Assembly: GCF_000281045.1 (NCBI RefSeq)
Contig: NW_008246081.1
Coordinates: forward strand, 241,838 to 305,837
Length of the DNA: 64,000 bases
Source: Saprolegnia diclina VS20
Lineage: Eukaryota
Direction: 5' to 3'
Shown: positions 1 through 12,671 of the stretch, in pieces
Layout: the number at the start of each line of letters is the position of its first letter
Position numbering within the stretch: the first letter of the stretch is position 1
Notes under the pieces: model-generated
Seen by the model: only the letters and a program-made list of their open reading frames with translations
Database searches by the model: none
Told to the model about the DNA's origin: nothing
Translations under genes and position numbers: made by a program

Positions 1-340
1 CAAGGAGTGGTTGGAAACGAGTGCGATAGTTCGGTATGATCAATGCCCACATTCTGCCGACGTAAAACGCAACGTGCGATGGCAACGCTGAGGGCTTTGT
101 TCATAGACTCAACACTCACAGTGGTCAAGCAAGAAGAGCAAAAAGGTACACCACGTGAGGTACATGTACTGTACTTGTGGACGATGCTGTTCAAGATCTT
201 ATTTTGACATCCGGATAACACCACCAGAAGATCGCAACGTGTGGATGTTGCAGGAAAGAGGCCTGCTACAGCCTCGACGCATACTAGTATGTCGCCAAAC
301 CGGTGCCAGTAGTCTCAACTTGGCAAATGCATCGGTGCCT

Positions 341-1057
341 NNNNNNNNNNNNNNNNNNNNNNNNNNNNNNNNNNNNNNNNNNNNNNNNNNNNNNNNNNNN
401 NNNNNNNNNNNNNNNNNNNNNNNNNNNNNNNNNNNNNNNNNNNNNNNNNNNNNNNNNNNNNNNNNNNNNNNNNNNNNNNNNNNNNNNNNNNNNNNNNNNN
501 NNNNNNNNNNNNNNNNNNNNNNNNNNNNNNNNNNNNNNNNNNNNNNNNNNNNNNNNNNNNNNNNNNNNNNNNNNNNNNNNNNNNNNNNNNNNNNNNNNNN
601 NNNNNNNNNNNNNNNNNNNNNNNNNNNNNNNNNNNNNNNNNNNNNNNNNNNNNNNNNNNNNNNNNNNNNNNNNNNNNNNNNNNNNNNNNNNNNNNNNNNN
701 NNNNNNNNNNNNNNNNNNNNNNNNNNNNNNNNNNNNNNNNNNNNNNNNNNNNNNNNNNNNNNNNNNNNNNNNNNNNNNNNNNNNNNNNNNNNNNNNNNNN
801 NNNNNNNNNNNNNNNNNNNNNNNNNNNNNNNNNNNNNNNNNNNNNNNNNNNNNNNNNNNNNNNNNNNNNNNNNNNNNNNNNNNNNNNNNNNNNNNNNNNN
901 NNNNNNNNNNNNNNNNNNNNNNNNNNNNNNNNNNNNNNNNNNNNNNNNNNNNNNNNNNNNNNNNNNNNNNNNNNNNNNNNNNNNNNNNNNNNNNNNNNNN
1001 NNNNNNNNNNNNNNNNNNNNNNNNNNNNNNNNNNNNNNNNNNNNNNNNNNNNNNNNN
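341..1057. other. Assembly gap (N-run); further gaps at 3231-3402, 21325-21834, 44797-45187 and 61357-61456
   Basis: Runs of N in the sequence. Confidence 0.99.
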
Positions 1058-2629
1058 CTCGTGGCGGCGGTCGCCGCGAGCAGCATCAAGGAGCAGCATG
1101 TCATTCCCGTCATGCCCAACTACAACGACTCGGCGCCGATCAACTTCAAGCAGTACGCGGGCTATCTGGCGCTGCCGTCGAACGGCCAAAAGATGTTTTA
1201 CTGGCACGTCGAGTCCCAAGCCAACCCGGCGACCGACCCGCTCGTGCTCTGGCTCAACGGCGGACCCGGCTGCTCGTCGCTCGGCGGCTTCTTCAAGGAG
1301 CTCGGGCCGTTCGTTGTCGCGAGCGACCTTAGCATCAAGCGCAACAAATATGCGTGGAACCGCAAGGCCAACATGGTCTTCCTCGAGTCGCCGGCTGGCG
1401 TCGGCTTTAGCTCGCCGCTGCTCAACGCCACCGAGTACAACGACGACGTGACGGCCGACCGCGCGTATGAATTCCTCGAGCAGTTTATCGCTGCGTACCC
1501 TGAGTACCGTCATCGGCCCTTTTACGTCACGGGCGAGAGCTACGCCGGTCGGTACGTGCCCTTCCTGCTGCACAAGATGGTGACGCACCCGATCGTCGAC
1601 GTGACGCTGTCGGGCTTTGCGCTCGGGAACCCGTCGACCGACTACCACATTGACCACAACGCATATGTGGACTACTACTACAGCCACGGCCTCATCTCGC
1701 TCGAAAACTACGACGACGTCCTGACCAACTGCGGCGACGACGTCGGGCGTTGCGTCATTTCGTCCGACAACTGCACGCAAGCCTGCAACAGCGTGCTCCA
1801 GGAAGGCATCTTTTCCATCAACGAGTCGGCGCTCAACCCGTACTTTATCTACGGCGATGTGTGCCTCCTCGAAAACGGCCAAGCTCGAGCACTGCGCTAC
1901 CGCAAGATCCAGCCCATGCACCGCGGCCCGATTGGTCCGTGCGCCGACACGTTCACCGAGTCGTACCTCCGACTGCCGCACGTTCAGGCCGCTCTGCACC
2001 TGCCGACGTACACCAACTGGTCGGACTGCAACGACGCAGTCACGGGCGTGTACCACAAGAGCGACTCGTCGCTGCAACACTACCCGACGCTTCTCAACGC
2101 GAACCTCAAGGTGCTCATCTACAGCGGCGACGCCGACTCGGTCGTCAACTTCATGGGCACGCAGCGCTGGATCGGACCCCTCGGCCTCAAGCTGCACGTC
2201 CTCAAGAAGTGGCATGCGTGGTTTGGCCCGGACAAGCAGCTCGCGGGGTACCGGGAAGAGTACGATGGCCTCAACTTTACGACCATCAAGGGCGCAGGAC
2301 ACATGGTGCCCGCGGTGCGCCCGCTCCACGCGCTCTACATGTTCGAGTGCTTCGTCTACGGCCAGGACGCCTGTGACACGTTTGCATACCCCAAGGACAA
2401 CCTCGAGTACTTGACGGGCGAAGACGTCGAGTACAACGATAACGACAACGACGACGTTGTGGCGACCTCGTCGACGACCAAGGACGCGAGCACGACGACA
2501 TCGGCGTCGGAAGCGCCCTCGAGTGCGGATTGGATCGTCTACTCGGCGTTCCTTGTCGGTATTATAGCGCTCATCGCGCTAGTCATGTACAAGCAAGGGC
2601 ATTGGCACAAGACGTATACGGCCTTGTAA
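1058..2629 (+). CDS. Serine carboxypeptidase (peptidase S10) with C-terminal transmembrane anchor; 5' end lies in the gap
   Basis: WLNGGPGCSS, FLESPAGVGFS, catalytic GESYAG, YSGDAD and KGAGHMVP motifs; hydrophobic C-terminal segment; no intron in the visible part. Confidence 0.95.
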   Translation, partial: LVAAVAASSIKEQHVIPVMPNYNDSAPINFKQYAGYLALPSNGQKMFYWHVESQANPATDPLVLWLNGGPGCSSLGGFFKELGPFVVASDLSIKRNKYAWNRKANMVFLESPAGVGFSSPLLNATEYNDDVTADRAYEFLEQFIAAYPEYRHRPFYVTGESYAGRYVPFLLHKMVTHPIVDVTLSGFALGNPSTDYHIDHNAYVDYYYSHGLISLENYDDVLTNCGDDVGRCVISSDNCTQACNSVLQEGIFSINESALNPYFIYGDVCLLENGQARALRYRKIQPMHRGPIGPCADTFTESYLRLPHVQAALHLPTYTNWSDCNDAVTGVYHKSDSSLQHYPTLLNANLKVLIYSGDADSVVNFMGTQRWIGPLGLKLHVLKKWHAWFGPDKQLAGYREEYDGLNFTTIKGAGHMVPAVRPLHALYMFECFVYGQDACDTFAYPKDNLEYLTGEDVEYNDNDNDDVVATSSTTKDASTTTSASEAPSSADWIVYSAFLVGIIALIALVMYKQGHWHKTYTAL

Positions 2630-3021
2630 GCTCGGCTAAAAACACGCTGTTTTGTGATGTCCGTATCTTCCTTGGAGCGTCTTGGAGCGAGGACGTTCGC
2701 AGATCTTGGTTGGTGCATGGACCTGCATCTCGGCCCGTATCTTTGGTGTCGCGGCCCAAATATCGAAAGCGTTTCATGGCGCCACGTCATGGCTGAAAAC
2801 ACACAACCACAGCCTTCCGGACCCTGTGGCCCATGTAAACGCTGGGAAAACGACCGCGTGCCGAATGGTGTCGTCGGCTCCTGCCTTTGGAGCAGCCACG
2901 TGCAGAGACGCACCCGTGAGCGCAGCAAGACACTCGCGAGAGGACTATGGAACCGTTAGCCGAAAGTATTTGGTATCCGGATTCGAAAACTGTGCGATCT
3001 TAGAACCATCAGAGTCGAAAA

Positions 3022-4683
3022 ATGAACGTGCTTGGCAGATTGGCGCTGACTGCGGCCGTTGCGCTGGCGCTTGATGCGGGCGACGGCGCCAAGGGCGTCG
3101 AGTTCAACCCGCACAAGATCCCGTTCTTGCCCAACTACAACGACCCGCGCCCGATCGACTTTGATCAGTACGCCGGTCATTTGCCATTGCCGTCGAACGG
3201 CCAAAAGATGTTTTACTGGCTCGTCGAGTCNNNNNNNNNNNNNNNNNNNNNNNNNNNNNNNNNNNNNNNNNNNNNNNNNNNNNNNNNNNNNNNNNNNNNN
3301 NNNNNNNNNNNNNNNNNNNNNNNNNNNNNNNNNNNNNNNNNNNNNNNNNNNNNNNNNNNNNNNNNNNNNNNNNNNNNNNNNNNNNNNNNNNNNNNNNNNN
3401 NNTCTTCCTCGAGTCGCCGGCCGGCGTCGGCTTTAGCCAGCCGCTGCTCAATGCGTCCGAGTACGACGACACGCGCACGGCTGCGCGCGCCTACGAGTTT
3501 CTCGTCGAGTTTTTCACCAAGTACTCGGCGTACTATGGACGCGACTTTTACATCATGGGCGAGAGCTACGCCGGTCGGTACATTCCGTTCTTATTGCATC
3601 AGCTCGTGACGACGCCGATTCCGCTCGTGCACCTCAAGGGGTTTGCGATCGGGAACCCTGCGACCGACGACAAGATTGACGGCAACGCCTACATGGACTA
3701 CTACTACACACACGCCATGATCTCGCGCGAAAACTACCTCTCGATGGTCGCCAACTGCGCCGGCGAGCAGCTCAAGAAATGCATGCGGTCGGTGGCCACC
3801 TGCTCGCCGCAGTGTGAAGCCGCACTTCGTGTCGGGATCATGTCGGCCAACAAGCAGCAGTTCAACCCGTACAACATTTATGGCGACGTGTGTCTCCTCC
3901 CAAACAGCCAAGGCGACGCTCTTCACTACCGCCCTGTCGAGCTCCCGCGCGGCGACATTGGGCCGTGCCAGGACAAGTTCACCCAAAGCTACCTCCAGCT
4001 GCACTCTGTCCAGGAAATACTACACGTCACGGGCAGCCACGTCGCGTGGGCCGACTGCAACCATAATGTGACACGGCTCTATACACGGAGCATCTCGGCG
4101 CTGCCGCTGTACCCGACGATTCTCTCGGCTGGTATGACATCTTGACTGGGGAGCAAGAGAAATACGATTCTCTGTAGGGCTCAAGGCGCTCATCTACAGC
4201 GGCGACGCCGACTCGGTGGTCAACTTTATGGGCACCGAGCGCTGGATCGCCGACGAAGGCTTGAACTTGAGCGTCGTGGCACCGTGGGCGGCGTGGATCG
4301 GCCCCGACAAGCAACTCGCGGGCTACACGCAGCAGTACGAGAACTTGACGTTCACGACGGTGAAAGGCGCGGGTCACATGGTCGCTGCCGTCCGCCCGCT
4401 GCACGCACTCTACCTCTTCGAGTGCTTTGTGTTTGGCAAGGAGGCGTGCGACGGCTTCTTGTACCCGACAGACCGCCAAGAGTACCTCAGCGGCGAGCAC
4501 AATGGTATGCCGCTCATTCGCCTCTCGACAATGACTCGGGCGTCGGCGATCTTTGCGACAAAGGATGGCAGCATCGGTATCGCCCACGTCGCTGCGATGG
4601 CCAGCCTCGGCCTTGTCGTCACCGCCATCGTGCTGCGCATGTATATCCTCCGCCACCGCCGGTACCGATACCAAAAGCTGTAA
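3022..4683 (+). CDS. Serine carboxypeptidase S10, tandem paralog; signal peptide, internal gap, intron 4132-4177
   Basis: Signal peptide MNVLGRLALTAAVALAL; GESYAG, YSGDAD and KGAGHMV motifs; a GT..AG intron joins ILSA|GLKALIYSGD; C-terminal TM. Confidence 0.93.
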
Positions 4684-5435
4684 GCACCCAAACACTGTAC
4701 TGGTTGAAAGATCGGTCGCATCTGCAATCTGTCGTCCGTGGGGAAGGGTGAAGACTCCAGAGGGCGTTGCCGGGAGGGAGCGCAAGCCTGTTGCTCGGAC
4801 TGCGCGGTCGCACGACTCGGTGATAGCTCTTCTGGCACTGTTCAACGCCAGAAGAGGCAAGGGGGCACAATGGAAAGCTTGATAGTAACCTTGTCACTCG
4901 TGGTCCATGGCCACAGAGTGCAAGAGCGAGTTCTACACATCGGCGCGACTCGTCTTGCAAGGGTTAGGCTTCATTGCCGTCAACCTAACATTCGTAGAGC
5001 AATGCACTACGAAAGCCATTGCTTTGAACGTTCGTAATGTGCACAAATTGTCCTCTGGGCGAATTCGTCGACAATTTCCAATGGCGAGGTTACAACGGTC
5101 TAGAAATCGGGGCGGCTCCAACAAACCAACGAGCGTTGCTGGCTTTGTAGTCGGAGCTTCCAACAAGATAGGGAGAGCCGCCACAACAGCGGTCGACGAC
5201 CCAGATCTTATGTTTGTCCTTAAACGACTGGCATTCTACGTCCGACCAATCGACGCAGTGATGTTCCTTGCACTCGAGAGCAACCTCCTGTTTGCCAAGA
5301 AGCAGCGTGTCAATGTGCGACCAAGTCCGCTGGCCCTAGAAGCACTTGGGTGCGACGTTGAGGCAAGCTGCAGTTGCCAGCGAATAATTACGTGCAAATC
5401 ATAACTTAGCAAATATAAATTAGGTAGCGTGCGAT

Positions 5436-6041
5436 CTACAGCTCGTGTCTACCGATGGAGACGAGCGGGAAGGTCGGGAGCGTCCACGCGACTAGCGGGT
5501 ATCGCTTGGGGCGGTACGTCGGGCGGCGCGTCGTGACGTTGAAGCGGCCCTTGGTTGGCACCTTGTTGTTCCACGGCCGGCACGAAAAGACCTTGAGGTT
5601 ATAGCGTGTCTTGTCAAAGTCGTAGTAGCGGCCGAGGATCTGCGGGTGGAAGCGGTCGGCGGCCTCGTCCACATCGACGTCGAGCTCATCGACAGCCGGC
5701 AACGCAACGACGGGCTCGACCACGTGCTGCGTCTTTTGCTTCTTCTGCGGCGACGCGTCGCCAGGCAGGGGCGTCGACTCGGCGCCTTGGCGCGGGCGCT
5801 TGGTGCCCCGGCGGAGGTCCTCGGCGGCGCGCTTGACGACCTTGGTGAGTGGCGACTCGAGCGAGAGGTAGGTCAGCATCATGTGCGTGCGGCCAGGCGA
5901 ATTGGGTTCTGTCACGTCCAGCGACCGCGCGAAAGCCGCTGCTGTTACAGATCCGTTTTCCAACAGTTCAGCAGCGAGAGCCAGACACGCTTTCTGTCCC
6001 AAATCACCGGCCAACACGTTTCGTAACAGGTTATAACACAC
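5436..6041 (-). CDS. Hypothetical protein, start uncertain; basic NLS-like stretches
   Basis: 201-codon ORF with coding-like GC3 in its 3' part (TKRPRQ, PQKKQK); no recognisable domain. Confidence 0.4.
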   Translation of the reverse strand: MCYNLLRNVLAGDLGQKACLALAAELLENGSVTAAAFARSLDVTEPNSPGRTHMMLTYLSLESPLTKVVKRAAEDLRRGTKRPRQGAESTPLPGDASPQKKQKTQHVVEPVVALPAVDELDVDVDEAADRFHPQILGRYYDFDKTRYNLKVFSCRPWNNKVPTKGRFNVTTRRPTYRPKRYPLVAWTLPTFPLVSIGRHEL

Positions 6042-6685
6042 GACGCCAATAACTTCTTATCCTAGCCCGCGCGGTCAAGAGGCCAGCGTGCTGCAATATG
6101 GGCGAGCCAAGCAGCTTGAGGCGACGAGCTCTCGATCGCTGGCCGTGAACCGTTCTATCAGCCAAGCAGCTCTTGTCGCATCGACCAGTACTTGCCACAC
6201 GTCCCACGCCGTCCGACTCAGAATCGCGTACCGTGTACTCGGTACCGGAATGGTCATTTGCGTCATACAGTGTATGTGGCGTAGCGACGACGGCGTCGCG
6301 CGCCGCACGCGGCCGACGTTGCTGCCGTGGCACTTCCCACAGAGCCCACAGGGCTACTAGTGCGTGGTGGGATTGGGTCATCGAGTGTTATAACACGCGA
6401 GTGTCGGCGGCGCGAAGGCCAGGCCGTACGTTCTCGTGCCTCTACCCCAACGCACTTGAGCTACACGCGCTGACTGTATCACGGCGACACCACCAGTCCA
6501 CTGGACTGCAGAGTGGGGACAATCGGCAATAATATCATGTTCAGCATATTTGTGACCGACAACTTCAACGAACGTTCGATGACATGGCAACCTTTGCGAC
6601 ACGGCGCTCATTAGCAACGCGCGATGCATATCAAAAGCGAAGGCGATAGCCAGCGCAGACATCGATCGAAGGTAGGTGGGGCTCG

Positions 6686-9600
6686 TTACATCGTGCTGGA
6701 CCAGAGCATGCTGCTGCTGCTGGCGGTAGCGGCGGACGGACTCGAGTGGAGGTCCTCGGGCAGGAGACGCCGCATCACGTCCCGCACTTGGGCGTTTTCG
6801 ATTCGAATGTTCAAGCGGGCGCCGGCCGCCACCGTCTCGGCCAAGAAGGTTGGCACACTACATCGCACGCCTGAGATGCAGAAAGAAGGAAGAGCGCACC
6901 TAGTCCCGATCACCGACGCCCACGCAAAGAGCCAGGGCGGTGTCGCCGTTGACGTCGTCGCTGCTTCCACGTACGTCGCACAGGCCATAGCGACTTGCTC
7001 CAGCCACGCTGCGCGATGTAGCTGAATACATGCAATGTGGGCAGTCGGATGGAGCTGCTGCACCACGAGGAGCACCCACAGCGCGCCACGTAACGAGCCG
7101 CCAGTCGAAACGGTCAAGAAGATTTGCCCCGTCGCGCGCGGGTGGAGCACGAGACTGCGCGCCGCCAGCTGCACAAGCAAAAGCGGGTACTTGGTGTGGG
7201 CGTCTGTGGCTTCAATCCACTCGCCCCACGCCGCGTGCGCGTCCTCAACGACTCTCGCGCTGGCTCGTTCGTCGCGCAGTAACAGCTTTGCCTCGAGCGT
7301 CGATAAATCCAGCGGCATGCCCCACGCGAGCCAGAAGCGCGCGAGCTTTAGAAACGAGGCACGCCACTCGGTCGGGTACGGGTGCATCGCGCCGCGGGTC
7401 GTGGCGAGTACCAAGTCGACATGCAGCTCGCCTAGAAGCGGCAGCACCGCACTCTCGGGCACGAGCGCAGCGTTGACCATGGGCCAAAAGTACAAAACGC
7501 TTGCGAGCACAATGGGCGACAAGGTCTCCTGGAGCTGCTGCCACGACATCTCGCTACCGCTCGAGAGACTGGCCGCGAGGAGGATGCCCGTCGTGCGCGG
7601 GTGCCACGGCGCGAGGTCGGCCAAGTGCGTCGTCGCAAACGCTTGCAGCAAAGAAAAAGCCCTCGGCTGCATATGTCCATGCACGACGACCGCGAGAAGC
7701 AGCTCCAAGAAGACGCCCACGTACGACGCCTTGTGTATCACATTGGTGCAAGCGGCGATGCGACTCGTTGCGTGCTCGGTTAGCACATTGACGATGGCCG
7801 TGACGAGGTTGCCCTTCTTGCTCGACTGGTTCATGACCATTATGAGCGCTTGCTGGAAGAGCGCGACGCCAAGCCCAACGTCGCAAGCCGCGTGCGGTCG
7901 CTTGCGCTTCTTTGTGCGTGTCCAGCACGGGTGGATCTAGAGGCCGCGTGGTGAAGCTACTGGCCGGCGCGTTGAACGTACCGCGACGCGGTCGTGCTCG
8001 GTGGTGTGCGGCAGTGATGCATCCGTGGCGTGGCACGTGTCTAGCAAGTTGAATTGCAGACCGCTGCGTTAGTTCTTTGTACCTTGGTGTCGAAGGAGCT
8101 CCTTGCCCATGCTACAGACGGTCGAGATGGCGGCGGCGTCGACGCGGTCCTTGATGCTCATGAAGTGCATTGCTAGGCAGTCGATGCGGTAGGCGGGTGA
8201 AGCGAGCCCGACGTGCAGCTCGAATTCGAGCCAGACGGGAAAGAACGCCGCCGACTCGAGCACTGGCGCGCGTTGCTCAAACAGCCGTTCTTCGAGGCGG
8301 CGGATGCTCGTAGGGAGCCACGACGGACCATCAAGGCCGTGGTAGTGGTGCCGCAGCGAGACCCAGTACAGAAACTGCACGACCCGCACCGAGACACGCG
8401 CGTCGACGCCGTCATTGCTTTGGGAGAGAAGAAAAATCGCCTCCGTGTACTCAAAGCAGCTGCAAAAGACGTCGACGATCGTATCGGGCGCAACGCCCGC
8501 AATGTGAGCTTCTAGCAATGCGATAGCGCCGGGCGTGTCATCCATGGCACACGCGGCGGCGCCGAGAAGCCATCCGCCGTGACGCAGCGTGGCGACGTCC
8601 GTGTGAAGCCACGCGAGAAAGGCTGTTTGAAGCGCGTCGACGTTGGGCAGCGCCGCAACGGCGACCAAGAACGTATGCAGCGACGGCAGCACTGACTCCG
8701 CGCTTGGTACTGCCAGCATCTCGTTGCATCCGGCGCGAATGTCACCGAGGAGCGTGTCAAGGGACATGGAGGGTTGGAGCAAGCTACCGCGCACGCGAGC
8801 CGTCATGCGGCCAAGCACAGCGGATGGCGTCCGTCCCGGCAAAATTGACGTAGCGACGAGCTCGCGCGCCAAGCTCGAGAGCGTTTGCTGTCGCGTCTGC
8901 TCGTAAGCGACGCGGCGCGTCACAAGCGCGTGCACGCGTTGAACGAACGGCGCATACTCGATCTCGGTGATCGACTTTTCGTGGACGAGCGCATGGGTGA
9001 GCTGCGCCCACCCGAGGAGCATCGAGAAGGGCAGTTGATGCGGCATCTCGGCGTGCAGCAAATATGGCTTGAGCACGGTTTGCCACACGTTACCCTGCAT
9101 CAAGATGCGCTGGCGCAGCTTGGACGAGACGCGGCCGGTATCGAGGAAGGCCTCGACATACCCCTCGACTTCGGTCGCCGTGGCATCTCGGGCTTTGTCC
9201 AGCGCCGCTACTGGGCATACAGCGTTAGGTAAAGCTAGTATGGGGTGCGTACCGTTAGGGGTTGGAACGGCTGCGGCCTTGAGCTGCTGAAGCCGGCTCC
9301 GGGCCAGCGACACGTAGGTCCAGACAAACTCGGGAAACTCGCTCGCGTGGGTCTTGAGGACGCGGAGTGTCATTTCAATCGCCTTTGCGTCCGTCGTCGC
9401 GTGCAGCTCGTCGGTCAAAAGCGCCGACATGAACTGGAGACTCCGCTTCGTCGTCAAGAGAGCGCAAGTCGGGCGAAGACACACGGATACAGCTCGGGTT
9501 AGCTCTGTGTTGGTTGCCGTCAACGACGGTGACGCGTGGCTGGCGACGCCAAAGTGGACTTCAAACCAGCGGGAATAGATGTCTGGCTCGTCCACGCACG

Positions 9601-10555
9601 CTTGCGCCGCTAATCGGAGTCCGTAGAGCGCCACATCAGCAGTCATTGCCTGGAGGCCGGTCTCCACCAAGTCGTGCGCGAGCGAGAGCACCTGCAGAAC
9701 GAGCTGCGGGCCCTCTCGGTGGTAGTAGCCGATGAGGGCGACCAAGCCGGGGTGAATGGTCCTCGAGGCGATGACGGCGGGGTCCGCGACCGCTGTTTGC
9801 AACACCTAGAGTACAGTGTTAGCGCACTTGGCGCACGTGAGCAACTACCGAGAGGAAGACGGTGACGTCCGTGACGCTGCCGAGCCGCTCGATGCGTGCT
9901 GGCGTCGGAGATGGCTGCGATGCGAGACGGACGAGCTGCTCGCGAAGAAAGGCTTGTATTGTTGCGTGCTGCTTGTGGGGCGGAAGGCGTCGATGAGTAG
10001 CGCATGTACTTTGTCATTGTCCGAGGTGTTGAAGGTCTCGACGATGGCAGCGATGGCAGGGCGAAGCAAGGCGACTGCGCTCTTTGTTGCGTCATCAAGC
10101 GATACGAGGCATGCGACGAGGTAGTCGAGGATGCGTCGGCTGGTGTCGTCTGTGGCCGACGCAGTGACCGTCGACACGAGGTTGTGCACGCCACGGCGCC
10201 AATGCGTCGACGCATGTCCATGGGGAAAGAGAGCTCGTAGGAGGTAGCTGCTGTAGTTGATCGCGCCCGCTTCGTGCAGCAGCCACGCAATGGTCGCGTC
10301 GTGCGGCGTCGCTTCGAGCACGAGTGCATCGATAATCGCAGCCGCCTCGAGCTCGCACGATCGGGCAACTCGATCGACATCGCCTTGGAGCACGTACGCC
10401 AGGTAGTTGTCGTCGCGGGCAGATGCCCAGGCTGCGTACGACCGCATGAGCGCGACCACGGCCGAGGGTGTCGAGACCGCACGCGCTGGCGCCGAGGTCG
10501 ATCGCGGGGCTGCGCCATCCATGGCCCGGTTGCAGCTCTGGACGAAGCTCAGCAT
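6686..10555 (-). CDS. Large multi-exon helical protein, probable Fanconi anemia group A (FANCA)-like
   Basis: ORFs 9845-10702, 8069-9805 and 6686-7840 are joined by short introns (about 9972-10009, 9806-9848, about 8041-8082, about 7937-7981). The blocks YSRWFEVHFG, KRSLQFMSALL, YVSLARSRLQQL and VEAFLDTGRV are collinear with FANCA as recalled. The start could alternatively be 10618. Confidence 0.65.
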
Positions 10556-10967
10556 CTCGCTGCGAAGGCTCTCGCGTCGCCCATCGAGGCCCGGGCCCGC
10601 CGAGTCCTGCTCGCGCATGGGCAGATCTTGAGCTCGCGCGGTGCTGGGTCCACGATTCCGGAGTCCGGATAATATTTCACCGGTCCGGATACACGACTCC
10701 AAACCTACCCCTATGCTTGTGTCGTCGAGTTGTCGGAGTTTGCCAGCACAGTTCCCAGTCCGCTAGAGGTCAGGAACGGCGCGGCGCTACCGGTATCTCG
10801 CGTGCGACCAGCGAATGCTGTGCGAGATTACCGCGTTGATTCTCCAGCCCTCTTGTCGACGATGGCGAGTGGCAGACGTAATAACACAAAGATGCACAAC
10901 TTGTCTGCCGCATTCAATAAATAGAGGGTGAATTGGACCTTACGACGACTCGAACTGACGGGAGCAA

Positions 10968-11889
10968 CTACATGACGCGACACGTTTTGGTTTTTTCTTT
11001 GAGGCGCGGGGGAATTCGCCGCCCAGCGTTGGTGGCTTGATTGCTGCCCGGTTCGTTAGAGGGATTCGTCGCCTCGTCGTCCTCGGGCGTGCAGAGCTCG
11101 TCGAGCGCGGGAAACACCATGTTGGGCGTCGTATTGAGGCGACTTCCTGCCCGCTTAAAGGATGTCACAAACGAGTTGGGCAAATGCGGGACCTCGTCCA
11201 GCTTCCAGTAGTGGTCGACCTCGAACCCCGTGTTTTCAAACATGACAGTCACGTCACGGTAGCAGACAGGACACGCGTGCCTAGTACACACCACGTGTGA
11301 CGTCACGACGTCCCAAGACGGCATGTACGTACGGCCAATGGGCACCTTTCCCGATAGTCTTGGTCACGGGCGGGTGGTAGTCCAAGCACTTGTTGCAGAC
11401 GCACTTGTGCTCACACGGGAAGAAGACCATTAGGATCTTTTGCGTCTTGCACATGATGCAGCGCGCCTCGGGATCGAACGTTTTGTCGGACCGGCGCGAG
11501 AATGGCTTGGCGCTGTTGTAGCGATCGATGTCCGTGATGTAGTCGGTGGTCATGGATTGACTCTGTCGCCGGAGCGCTTGGAGCTTGAGTTGCTTCTCCT
11601 TTTCGCTCAGCGCCGTTGCGAGCGGGGTACTGCGTAGCTCTGGAATCGGCTGCTCGTCTTCGCTATTACGTCGTCGACTCGATATGAGGTCGTCGATCGG
11701 CGGCAGCGTCGAATCCGAGTCGAGCACGACCCGCGGCAGACTTGTCCAGTCGTCGGGCGGGTGTGCTTGGCAGTGTCCGCTCTCTTCGTGCCGGTACTGA
11801 ATGACGCCACCGTGCGAGACCTCTTCGACCCAGCCTTCTCGCTTCTGCAAAACGGCGCTCTTCGCATGCTCTGCTTCAAGGGGCTCCAT
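10968..11889 (-). CDS. WW-like domain + C3HC4 RING finger protein (2 exons, intron about 11281-11332)
   Basis: EGWVEE...YRHEESGHCQAHPP (degenerate WW); CIMC...FFPCEHKCVCNKC...ACPVC RING completed across the intron. Confidence 0.8.
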
Positions 11890-12671
11890 GAACCACCGTC
11901 GTCGCCACCGCGTTTCGCAGGAACGAACGCACTTTCTATTTCAGTCCCGAAACGCGTTGTCGTGTGCGATAGTCCATAAATACCGATAACGCCAACGTGC
12001 ATAATGAGCTGTCATTGTCGGAGTCACTCGCCCCTTTGGTGGTGGCCCAAACTCGCTTTCCATCCCAGCAGGTAGGCAACCCATCTCTTGTGGGCTCAGA
12101 GCGCTCTTCGTAGCATGCATCTCGCTGGCGAAACGAGCCGAGGTTGACGACGACATGGCGTTGCACCTTCCATGACGCAGCTGAGAACTTATCGCGCTGC
12201 GGATGCTCTCCGAACCGCGTCGACTGCAGGCGTCCTGACATGGGCTGAGCCAAGGATGCCCACGGATACCATGGGGCACGCAGGCTGCTTGTTCGCATGT
12301 GCAAATTGCCCTTTGTCTCAAAGGTGAAATCTAGTCTTGAAGATGCAGCGCTAAACTAGATATTTGTATGCGTTCACAACCATCTGGTATAGAGAACTGC
12401 AACGGAGGTGCGTATGTATGCATTTCTGCGACAGACCTCGTTGCAGCCACCGCCTTGCATCTGGGCGCCACGATCGGGATTGGTCAAAATCGGTGCGCTT
12501 CGTGGCTGTTCCTCGCACGCGATTGGCAGATTTGGTTTCGACCAATCACGTGGTGACCTACGCAAGCGGGAGATCAACGAAGGCGACGGGGCAGCCACAT
12601 AGTTTGTTTTCGCTCGTCGCACGCAAGTACTAAGAACAGAGTTGGCGCCTGCTGATGATGATGACGTAGCC

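Noticed and set aside
155..1057. N-terminal extension of the 824-aa ORF and other X-filled ORFs
   Set aside because: Artefact of reading through N-gaps; the upstream sequence does not look coding
4700..5404. 165-aa ORF at 4907-5404 and a short Cys-containing minus-strand frame
   Set aside because: Atypical codon usage, no motifs, no convincing start or splice partner
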